This document shows positions 52,201 through 64,000 of a stretch of 64,000 bases of DNA, piece by piece. The translations under genes were made by a program, and so were the position numbers. The stretch is from Piromyces finnis finn (taxonomy: Eukaryota > Fungi > Neocallimastigomycota). Under the pieces are notes generated by a model. That model did no database searches. It had not been told where the DNA came from and worked only from the letters and a program-made list of their open reading frames with translations. Position 1 is the first letter of the stretch. Every line of letters starts with the position of its first letter. The stretch lies in contig MCFH01000080.1 in the NCBI GenBank assembly GCA_002104945.1, positions 1-64,000 on the forward strand, read 5' to 3'.

Positions 52201-55200
52201 TATCCATCTTTGAGTTTGATAAATTTAATGTTTTATTTAAAGGCGAAGTAGTGGATGATAATGTGCTATTATTTGATTTTTCTTCTAAAATATTTTCTGG
52301 CTCAAAAAATATCAATTTATTTCGTTTAGATAATTCTTGATTATATGTTGATGAGTTGGCGGGTTTGAAAATTGGTGATTTTATTAAATTATCACGTTCA
52401 TATTTTAAATCCTTATCATCATTTGTCTTTTTCTGTGCCATTCTCATACCATATTCACGAAGTCCAATTCTTTTTTTGGTAAACGATTTATTCATTGATT
52501 TATTAGTTATTAAACTTTTAGAACCGCTTATTGAACCTGATTTTTCATTATTATCATTTTTATCAGTACTGTCAACTGATATATCAGTTGAATCTTTAAT
52601 ATCCGAAGTAATGGAATCTTTTTCATTGGTAACTTTATCTGGTAATACACTCTCTATTGATTCTTGAACATCTCCAATTTCATTAGCTATTTTTTCTTCT
52701 AATGCAATTTTTCCTTTGTCATTTTCATTTATTATATTAATATCATTAATAATTTTACTTTCCTCGTTAGATTTTACTACACTGTTATTATTTATTTCTT
52801 CATTTGTTGTTGAATTATCCTTTTCTTCATTAACCTGTTTATTATCATTATTTTTATTAATATCACTATTTTTAATATCAGTTTCATTAGAACTAGTGAT
52901 ACTATTTTCACTTAATTTATTAATGGGATCGGTTGAGGTTGTATTATCTTTTTTATTTTTGGTACTTTCTTCTTTATTTTGAGCAGATGAGGCAATTGTT
53001 TTATTACTATTTTCAACAACATTATCTTCAGATTCTAATATTTTTGATTCATTTATTACTACTTCTTTCACTGGTATTTTTATTTCAATAGAACTCATTT
53101 TAACTGAGTTTTCATTTATAGTTATCTTATTTTCTTTTTTTGTTTCATTATTACTACTTAAATTATTTTTAATTTCTAATGTTTCTTCCTTTGATGAAGC
53201 AATTTCATTCTTTTTATTGTTTTTATTGGTTATTTCATTTTCATATTTATGCTCTTTATTTTCCGTAAACTTCAAACGCTCATTATTATTTATATCTTTA
53301 TTGTTATCTACCTCTTTTTTATTGGTATCATTTTCTTGATTCTTTTCTTTAAACTCCTCTTTTCTTTTTTCAAAATCTTTATTTAAATCCTTAATAATAT
53401 TACTTTCTTTATCATTATCATTATTTTTTATTTCTTTTATTAATTGCTCATTATTAATGGTAGATTGTGTATTTTTTTTCTTTGAATTACTTGGTAATTC
53501 ATTTAATTCAATTTCTAACTCTCCTTCAATTTCTTTAACCAAACTATCTAATAATTCAGGATCTGAATTTTCATCATCATACATATCATTATTTGAACTT
53601 GACTGGGTATTCTCATTAATTTCTCCATCACTTTCTTTAGTGTCTTCGTATATTTTTTTATTTATATTTTCTTTATTAATATGGGTTTCTTGTTTTTTTA
53701 ATGGTATAGATGTTCTTTGCTTGTATTTTTCTGATGATACTATATTTTCATTTTCAGTTTTGATTTTTTCTTTGAGATTTCAATAGAATTTATAAATATT
53801 AATATATACATATAAAAGTTAATATATTTAATATAAAATTTGTTCATCGATTTATAAAAATCTTTAAAAAAAATTTACTTGATGAAAACTTAGTATAGTC
53901 TGGGTTTAGTGGATTGGAAATTGATCTAAATCTTTTCTTTTTAAATAATTCTTCATTACTTTTACTTTCATCATTATTTTTTGAATATATATATGAATTC
54001 CTTTCTTCTATCTTGACTTTATTAATTTCTTCTTGTAAGTTTTTATTTAATTTTAATACTGATTTTTCATTTTTATTTATATGTGATGAACCCATTTTAG
54101 TACTTGCTATTGTAGAACTAATTGGTAATTTTTCATAATTATCTTCTTCTGAAAAGTTTTTAATAGCATATTCTATTGCAAGTAAATATTGCACCATATT
54201 TTCATATTCTTCACATGCTTTTTTATAAATATCAATTTTTTTCCCAATGATTTTAGTAATATAATCTGATACCATTTTTTCTTTTTTAATAATCGAATCA
54301 GGAGGAAATGAGTTATAATTTTTTTCAAGTATTTTCTTTAGTTTTATATTGTCTTCTTCATCTTTTAAAATCCCTAAGAAAGAATTTTCATCATAATCCG
54401 TACAATATTGTAAACTTTATAATAATAATTATAATTTTATATATAAATATTGTTACTATCAAAATACATATTGAAAAAAAAAAGAAAAAACTTAGAATTG
54501 AATTGTATCTATATACCTTGATTTATCAATACATGAATTCAAATACTCAGATGATTGTCCATAAAGAATTTTTACTTCTGACAATGGAATTAATTGAACG
54601 TCATTTATTGATTTTATTAATTTTTTCTTTATTTAAAGTTAAAAAGTTAAGATTGAAATTTGAATAAAAATTAAAATAATTCAATTTTATGATTTATTAC
54701 ATACCTTTTTGTTAGAAATATTATTCTCATTATCATTTTTTCTTTTTTTATTATTTTGATTTATTATTGCTAATGGTCCTTCATTTGATAAATTGTTTTC
54801 CTTTTTTATAGGAAATTTTCTTTTATTATTAATATCAATTATTCCATCTGGATGAATATTATTATATAAAACATTTTCATTATTGATAATATTTATTATA
54901 TTTTTTATGCTTATATTTGGTGTATAATATGCATATATATTATCTAAAGTTTAAAAACGAATTTATTGAAATTTAAGTTAATGAGTAAAACTTAATTGAA
55001 AGATAAAAAAGAATATAAAAGTATTTAATATTTACCTGCGACTGAGCATATACCAACAATATTTTGTAAAATTGGATATGCTTTTTTTGAAATATGATTA
55101 AATATTTCTTGATTATATGCTAAAAATTAAAAATATATTATTAATATGAATAATATAATTTTTCGGATAATGTTAATAATAAAAGACTAATAATTACTTT

Positions 55201-55855
55201 TTTTTATTTTAACTGTATTAATAAATATTACATTTATTAATAATTGATGAAATTTTTCAAAATTCTTTAAAGAGAATTTTTGTAATATATTTTTTAATGA
55301 ATTGCTTTCTCCAATTTTTGAATGAATATAATTATATGTTATATTCTATTAAAAAAAAAGAAGAAGAAAAAATTAATAATCCTGAATAAATGAATTATAA
55401 TGTAATTTATATATATGGATTTACTGAAAACCAGCCAACAACTGTTTGCCCATTGTTATTTAAAAGGGTAGAAATTATAGTACTTTGATTAGAATCTTTT
55501 AAATTTACAGGAATAAAACCCTTTTATATTATGAAAATATATTAAGTATTTTTTATATATACTAATGAAAAAAATATTATAAAAATTTTCTAGATTTTAA
55601 ATTTATTACTTTAACATGAATAGTTATACTTCTATTTTCACATTCTTCTCTTAAACCATATAATATTGCTTGACTATATTTATCATTGCTATTTTCATTT
55701 AAAGCAACATATACATCTTTAAAACATTTTTTTTTTTTTTTTTTTTTTATAAATGAATTTATTATTAAAATTATTGTATAAAAATATATTAATATAAGAA
55801 AAACAAAAATATAATTATATTAATTACCTTTTGGTATAACAATTGTTGGTGCCAT
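49272..55855 (-). CDS. Very large multi-exon protein: small globular (possibly MPN/Abraxas-like) N-terminus, coiled coil, then long N/D/E/K- and RD/RS-rich disordered region
   Basis: The start reads MAPTIVIPK|DVYVAL..AILYGLREE..|GFIPV..TVVGWFS. In-phase introns join ORFs 53844..54275, 51761..53584 and 49272..51524 (TCA A|gtaaat..aag|AA AAA; AAA G|gtaac..aag|AT ACC). Some middle exons were not fully resolved. Confidence 0.6.
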
Positions 55856-55920
55856 GAAGAAAATAAATTATATACTTTGTTATATATTGCTTTTAATATG
55901 ATATTTAGTTAAATATAGAA

Positions 55921-55955
<35 letters not shown>

Positions 55956-56767
55956 CACTTTTATGAATATATACAAATTTAAGATTTTATTAATATTAAA
56001 TATATAATATATCTTTCTTTAAAACATTCTATTATGAAATACCTTCTTTTATTATACTTTTATTTTCATTTATATTTTTATTCCCTGATATATATTTATT
56101 TTGAGTAAATGGGTTAAAGATAGAAAAAAAAAAAAAAAAAAAAAAGATTAAATATAAAATGGATAATAAATTTAATGAATTGTTTTAAATATTTGTTAAT
56201 GAATATTTTAACAATATATTAAATGTGTATTAAAATTATAAAGAATCAATAATTCTTTAACAATGCAATAACAATTTAATTATAAAATGTGCATAATGAG
56301 CATTTATATAATGAAAATTAAATAATAATAATAATAATAGTAATAATAATAGTAATAATAAAAAGATATTTCTTATTATCAATATTTTAAAATAATAAAA
56401 ATTAATAAAAATAATTATTTAACTAATTATTATTAAAAGCTTAATTAATAATAATAAATTTTGTTGTTAATCTAATAAATTTTTTGTGTATAAACTATTA
56501 AATATATAAATAAACAAGTACAATAAAAACGCAAACTTATTTGTAACACTTTTTTTTATTATCAAGTATAATTTTTATACTACATATTTATATTTATACA
56601 TGTTTTATTTTTATTTTTAAAAGTTATTTTATATTATTATTCGCCCTTTTATTTTTATTATTTTAATTTATTTTTTTACTATGTTTTGTTTTTTTATTAT
56701 TTTTAATTGTATTAAATATTAAAATCAAAAAAAAAAAAGTAATCCATGATTATTTTCATGAATTTTA

Positions 56768-57199
56768 TTAAATATTTCTTTGACAATTATTGATTTCCAT
56801 GGTTTCATTGTTCAAATTTTGAATTAAATCATTTAATTTTGAATATATAGTTGGATCGTTATATTTATTATTATTTAGATTATCAATACTTGTTTGAAGC
56901 TTAGTGATATCTGATTTTAAATTTTCTAAATATTTCTTTTTATATTCTAATAGGTTTGAGTAATCTTCAAGGGAAGCTACATTTATTGCTGGTGTATTCA
57001 CGGGTTGATTACCAGAATTGTTAGATAGACTATTATTATTATTATTATTATTATTAAAGAATGAAGTTTCGTTATTGGTATTGTTATTTAAAGAATTAGA
57101 GAAATTATTATTTTTATTGTTGTTGTTGTTGTTATTGTTGTTAAAGAATGAAGTATTACTATTATTATTGTTGTTGTTGTTATTGTTGAAAAATGATGA

Positions 57200-57263
<64 letters not shown>

Positions 57264-58869
57264 GAATCGAAGAAGGATGTTGATCCTATACTATTGTTAT
57301 TAGTATTATTATTATTAGAATCAAAGAAGGATGTTGATCCTATACTATTGTTATTAGTATTATTATTATTAAAAAAATCATATTTGTTATTATCATTATT
57401 GTCATTTGAAGAAGACATCAAATTTGGTTCGGCTATTTTAAAAAATATTAAAAATTATTGAAATTTAATTCATTATTATAGTTTTTTATTATTATTATTA
57501 TTATTATTATCATTATTATTTGATTCATTAATAGAATATAATTAAATTACCTGGAACGGTTCTGTCTTCCATTTCATTTTCAGCTCCAACACTTTGAATA
57601 ATAGAATATGGTATTGAAGATGGTATAGCATCACCACCTTTACAACTTTCTAATATATGCATGAAAATAGTAAATTGGCCTTTTCTTATAATTTTGATAT
57701 TATATTTATCCAAAAGAGACCTATATATTTTTATATTATTATAATTAATTTTAATATTTAAAATTTGCTAAAATAAAAATATATTTCTTTTACCATATTT
57801 TATCTAAATCATTTTCATTTACAGGATCGTCTTTTACCAAGTCTTTTAAACTATTATCTATTTTCATTTTTTATTTATAATAAATATTTTAGAATCCTTA
57901 ATAAATATTAAACAATTTTTATATTATATATCCTTTTTTATTTTATTTTATTACTGTTTTTGCTTACATTGAAAAACTGTATTTTTTTGAAATTTTTCAT
58001 ATATATTGGAATATTCAATACGCTTTGCTTGTCTTATGAACCATTCTACAGGAGAGGTGTTATTACTAAATGAGCGCATTCCATTATTTACATTAGGCAT
58101 GTAAGAATTTGTTAATAAATTATGTTTTTGTGCAACAGGTTGAGAGTTCATACTGTTATATGATTGTTGATTAAACATTTTTTTATTTTGAAATTGTCTC
58201 AATACATTATCATAACCCATAAACATTGGTTGAGGAATTGCTTAAAATTATAAAATTATTAATAATTAATTATTTTTTTTATTAGCTCTAATAAAAATTT
58301 AAGTGAAAGATATTTTTTTTCTATATTTACTTATATTCATTGGCAAGTTTGATACATTATAGCCCTTTTGAGCCAATGCAATAAGTCTTACTCCAAGAAA
58401 GAATTCAGCTTTGCTTATTGATTTCACATTATTTGGATTTGATAATCTCCATATTTCTTCTAAACACTATTATTAAATATTTTATTTAATGTAATTACAA
58501 AAATATAATTATATTATCATTAATATAGTATCTGATGAAAATATTTTTTTAACATTATTAAGAATAAACAAATTAAACATAAATAACGAAAAATACAATC
58601 ATTTAGATTTTATTATTTTTAATATGTTTTTAGTTTTGATATAATATATATATATCAAAATAATCCTATATAAAGAGAGAGATAAAAAAAAATGTCAAGA
58701 AAAGAAAAGAATGTATTATATTAATATATACTTGATTATTTAAATTAGAAGCTTTAAAAAAATTAACAATTATATTATCTGGAATCACTTGAGTATTTGA
58801 ATTTCCGGAAAGTGTATTCCAGTACTCATTATAGAGATCTATTTCATCTTGTGAAGGTGGTGCTTGCAT
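56768..58869 (-). CDS. EH (Eps15-homology) domain protein with poly-Asn/SFF repeats and C-terminal coiled coil, multi-exon
   Basis: The spliced N-terminus contains VNFFKASNLNNQ|CLEEIWRLSNP..SISKAEFFLGVRLIALAQKG, matching the EH consensus. A second degenerate EH-like block reads KGQFTIFMHIL..GDAIPSSIP. Confidence 0.72.
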
Positions 58870-59282
58870 TCCGAAGATATTATTTAATTTAAATGTTAAT
58901 ATTTAAATTTATTTTATTATATTATATTTTTTTTAACAAGTTCGCTTTTATTGTTCTTATTTTTATTTACTATTACTATTATTATTTTTACTAAAATTTA
59001 TTTTTAAATTATTTTATTTTAAATATACATAATTTTATGTATGATACATGATTCAATTAAAATATACTTATTTTTTATTATTATATTTTATTTTATTTTA
59101 TTAACATTTAATATATGTTTAATTAAATTTGAAAAACTATAACAATTATTTTTTTTTAAAAAAAAAATAATAATTTACTTGAATATATGTATAAAATAAT
59201 TGGAAATTTGCAAAAGATTTTATAAAGAACATTTATATATTTTAATTGAAGAAATAAAAAAAAAAAAAAAAATAAAGAAAAA

Positions 59283-61077
59283 ATGATGCTGAATATTCAT
59301 ATGGAAAAAGGTTATTTAAAAAGAGACCTAACAGAAACTCAAAAAGAAATGTTAAAGTATTATAGTGAAAAACAATTAAAAGAAATTGAAGAACAACCAA
59401 ATAATGAAAAAAAATCAAAAAAAGTTATATACTTTTATAATTGTAAATATATTGGAACTTGCATCAGTATTTGTATAAATTAAAAATATTTTGAGATTAT
59501 CAGAACATTTCTAATAAATATATATATATTCTAAAAAATGATTCATTCATAAAAAATAGCTGATATTGGATATTATGATTTAGGATCGAATCATCCCTTA
59601 AAGCCATATAGATTACGTATGGCTCACAGTTTAATTATAGAATATGAATTAGGATACCACATGGATATTTTGGTATTTTGACTATAAAAATTTTAAAATA
59701 ATAAATTATTTTCAAAGTTTCTTTTATAATTTTTAACAACTGATAAAATGAAAATGTATAATAATAGAAATCCAAACCTGCAACAAATTTAGAATTAACA
59801 CAATTTCATTCAGATGAATATATAAACTTTTTATCAAGCATAACACCAGACAAAGTCCAACAAAATACAGAAAATTTAATTAAATGTAAATTTAATAAGA
59901 CTTTTAAATATTAATATTTTTTTAAAAATTTCGTAAAAGTCACTTCCTAATTAAAAAATTTTAATATAAAAGATAATTTAGGAATTGATAGTCCAATATT
60001 TGATGGTGTTTATAATTATGCAACCTGCATTGCTGGAGCCTCAATAGGTAATTTAGAAATTTCAATATAATTTAAAGTAATAATAAAGAAAATATATAGC
60101 ATAACATAAAAATATGTTATAATATAAAATAATAATAGAGGCAGCTGCAAGATTAAATCAAGGAAAAGCTGATATTGCAATAAATTGGTCGGGTGGACAA
60201 CATAATGCAAAAAAAAATGAAGCTAATGGTTGTTGTTATATCAATGATGTTGTATTGGCAATTTTAGAATTATTAAGGTATTTTTTATTTTATTTTATTT
60301 TTTTTTAATAAATATATAATAATTTAATATTAATATAATTTGAATATTATGAATAAATTATGTTAAATTAGAGTTCACAAAAGGGTATTATATATTAATA
60401 TGGATGTTCATCATTGTGACGGTGTTGAAGTAATTTAAAATAATATAATACAATAATAAAAAAAAAACAATGATTGGTTTAAGAATCTTAACAAATAATA
60501 TTGGATATTTATATAAATATTAGGAAGCATTTTATACAACAAATAGAGTTTTGACATTGTCATTTCATAAATATGGAAATGTATATCCTGGTACTGGAAG
60601 TATTGAAGTATGTTTTTTTTTTATTATTTTTTAAGTAAATGTAGAAAATAAATTATTAATTAGTTTATAAAATAGGATATTGGTTTAGATGAAGGAAAGG
60701 GATATGCTATTAATTGTCCTTTACAAGATGGTATAGATGATTTATCATACAGAAAAATATTTGAAGAGGTAGTATTGAATTGATAATTATGATTTATGAT
60801 TTCGAAAAAGCTATTAAATCATTTTCTTGTATAAACATTAGATAGTACAAAAGACAAATGAATATTACAAACCAGATTGCATTGTATTGCAATGTGGAGC
60901 AGATAATATATCAGGTGATAAACTTGGTGGTTATAACTTAACAATTAAAGGTATTGAGAAGATTCAATATTTTTATTACATATAACATATAATATAATTA
61001 TATTAATTATAATATTAATTTAAAATTTAAATATTTTATTAAAATTCTTTTTATATCTTATAATCATTATCAATTTT

Positions 61078-61112
<35 letters not shown>

Positions 61113-61941
61113 TAGGACATGGAGAATGTGTTAGATTTATAAAGAATTTAGATTTACCATTATTAGTTTTAGGTGGTGGAGGTTACACTTTAAAAAATGT
61201 AGCAAGAACATGGGCTAACAATACAGCAATTTTAACTGATTGTATAATAGATGAAGGTATTAATAAAAATAGTTTATATATTTTTAAGAATTAAAAAAAA
61301 AAAAAAAAATAAAAAATAAAAGTAAAAGTAAATAATAAAACATTTATAATGATTTTTAATTACTATTTAATTTTAGTATTACCTATTCATGAATTTATAA
61401 ATTATTATTATCCTGATTATAAATTGGACAATCAACCAAAAAATATGATTAATCTTAATTCAAAACAATATTTAGAAAATATAAAGTAAGGATATATTTC
61501 ATATAATTTCAATTAAAAAAAAAATAAAATAAAATAAAAAATAATTATTCTAATATTAATATTGTTATTACTTTGTTTTCTTCTCAAGAAAAACTATATT
61601 TGAAAATCTTGAAATGATTCATAAAAACCCAACCCATTTAAATATTGATAAAACATTTAAGAAATGTGGGTATAAAATTAACATAATTTTTATATTAGAT
61701 TAAAAATACAAAAAATAAACTAATTTTCAATAAATAATGTTTTGAAATAAAAAATATTATAGATGAATATAAAGTAATCGAAAATAAAAAAGATGATGAA
61801 AATAAGATAGAAGTTGAAAAAGATACTGAAAAAATGGATAATATATTTATTGACCCGGAAAAAATATATTCAGAATTAAATAGTATGCAATATTGTGAAT
61901 CAACAAGTTGGTGTAGAACACAAAATGTAAATAATCATTAA
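59283..61941 (+). CDS. Class I (Rpd3/Hos2-like) histone deacetylase family protein with atypical active site, ~13 exons
   Basis: The splice gives [26 protein letters not shown]...DSPIFDG...[25 protein letters not shown]...[32 protein letters not shown]...[13 protein letters not shown]...GGGGYT. No internal stop was seen, and the TAA is at 61939-61941. Confidence 0.9.
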
Positions 61942-63159
61942 ATTGGATTTATAAATATATCTATAAAAATAAACCATCATAACCTTATAAATTAATCTAA
62001 TATCATCAATAAATAATGTAAAAGGTTCAATAAAATATTGTATTAATATTTTTTCAAGCATTAAAATAAATATATATCGAATTAATCATTTATTTATTAT
62101 GTTGAAAGTATTTCTTTTTTTTTTTTTTTTTATAGTCACAATATCACCACAATACAATACTCAAAAAAATAAATTAAAATTTTAATTTAATAAATGTAAC
62201 AAATTTAGTTTATATTTAATATTTAATATATGTAATAATGTATATTGTAAAATTTGTAATATATATATTAATTTTAATACATTTAAACAATGTATTTATT
62301 TATTTTTTAATTTATATAAACTTTTTTTTTTTTATTTTATTTTCTTTTTTGAAATTTGAAATTTGAAATTTCTTTTTTCTTTATAATATAAATATATTTA
62401 AAATAGTAAAATTATCTAATTTCAATATTATTGTACCAAATAAAAAAACATCATTAATCATTTTAAAAATAAAATTTGATTTAATAATAATTATAAATAA
62501 AAAAAAATAATTATAAATAAGAATAAAAAAAAAAAAAAAAAAGAAAGAAAAATTAGAAATTATACCCAATTAATAAACCAATTTATTTAAACGATTTCTA
62601 TTATTGCTTTATCCTCTTGAATATACTTTACAAAAGATATTTATTTGCAATATTTATAAATATATATATATAAATAATATATAATATAATTATCGAGAAA
62701 TCTAAAAAGAAAAAAAAAAATAATTATTTGTTGATTCAAATAATATCAAAAATTAAATTTCTTGTTAAAAGTTCAATTAAAAAGTGTAAGCATAACTTGA
62801 TAATAGATTTTATTTATTTCAATGGATAGGAAAGAGTATACATTAATATATTGTAGTATATAAAATTATAAAATTTAATGATTGTATTATATAATAATAT
62901 TATATAAATAATAATAACTAATTTTAAAATCTGTTTAATATGTATAATGAAAAATCCTCATATTAATAACCTTATTTTTTTATTATTATTATTTTTATTT
63001 TTATTTCTTTATTATTATTTGTAAATAAAATTATATATAGAATAGAAATAATTGAAATTTGTTGTAACAAAATAAAAAATATATACATATACCATAAATA
63101 TATATAAATTAAACTTTTAATATTTTGAATAAAATTAAGAAAAAATACACATTTTTAAA

Positions 63160-64000
63160 ATGAAAAGTGGAATAATATTTTTCATATTTTCAATAATTTT
63201 TAGTATCAAGGTATTTTTATATTATGTATATATTATATCAATTAATTCTTAATACATATAAATATACTAATTATTTAATTGTAATGTTGAAAAATAAAAG
63301 ACAGTACAGAGTGTTGATTTTGCTTTTTATTGTAAATGCTATTGTCCTCCAAATAGTACAATTGTAAAGGTAAAAGATTGCTCTGTATGTAATAAAAATC
63401 TATGTATTGAACAAAAATTATGTGTTTTTCAAAATAGTACAACCACCACCGCAACATCAACAAATAATAACATTTCACAAAATAAACCAAGAAGTGTTCA
63501 AGATGACCAATATAGTGAAATTAAATCATCACTTGTAACATATACTGAATATTTATATGCATCATTATTTGGAAGAGTTAAAAGAAACTTTATGATAAAA
63601 GATAATGAAACTATTATGAATAAAGAAAAAAGAAAAGTAGTTCAAGAAGTTGATAAAGAATTAAATAATAATAATAATAATGAGGAAAATGATATAAAAG
63701 AAGATGATAATGAAAATAACAAGAATAATGTAAAAGAAGAGGATAATAATAATGAAGAAGAGAATAAAGAAGATAAAAGTGAAGAGAAGGAAACATCAAA
63801 TACAAATAATACAAGTAGTACTGATGCAAATAAACCTGAAGAAACAGAATCTGTCATTCATATTATTGAATCAGGAACAGATGATGGATATCAAAAAAGT
63901 GAAGAAGAAAATTGGATGACCGAATGTTTTAGTATGTATCGTTTTAATTTTTAATTTCATTCCATAAAATATTATAGTAGTATTAAAATGATAAATAATT
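63160..64000 (+). CDS. Secreted/membrane Cys-rich fungal hypothetical protein, partial (exons 63160-63210, 63301-~63931; continues beyond window)
   Basis: A phase-0 intron joins the signal-like MKSGIIFFIFSIIFSIK to TVQSVDFAFYCKCYCPPNSTIVKVKDCSVCNKNLCIEQKLC, in frame with ORF 63592..63954. A likely donor follows WMTECF (A|gtatgt). Confidence 0.6.

Noticed and set aside
49346-53786. Plus-strand Leu/Ser/Phe-rich ORFs opposite the large low-complexity gene, also 57018..57461 and 63614..63857
   Set aside because: They are antisense to Asn/Lys/Glu-rich coding sequence, where stop codons are depleted by composition.

Overview
This is an extremely AT-rich, intron-rich eukaryotic window. The base composition, the fungal Ras2-type gene and the flagellar RSPH14-like gene point to an anaerobic gut fungus (Neocallimastigomycota); this is inferred, not searched. 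Spliced or housekeeping genes reconstructed by hand are an orphan 7TM protein, NC2-alpha/DRAP1 (absent from the ORF track), a MIT-domain protein, RSPH14-like, MINDY4-like DUB, Ras2, a YML020W-like hydrolase, a very large low-complexity protein, an EH-domain protein, a class I HDAC and a secreted Cys-rich protein running off the end. The accessory core (13.7-25.5 kb) is a co-oriented tandem array of five intronless secreted genes built from a signal peptide and two 6-Cys repeats. Three carry an intact bacterial-type NlpC/P60 peptidoglycan endopeptidase domain (Cys-His-His), one carries it behind a TGG>TAG nonsense change, and one encodes the Cys-rich module alone. A young 5'-truncated LINE with a poly(A) tail and a perfect 14-bp target-site duplication sits inside the array. 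Other notable signals are a predicted 2-nt micro-exon in Ras and an HDAC with an open frame but H141N/D174N/F150C-equivalent active-site substitutions.
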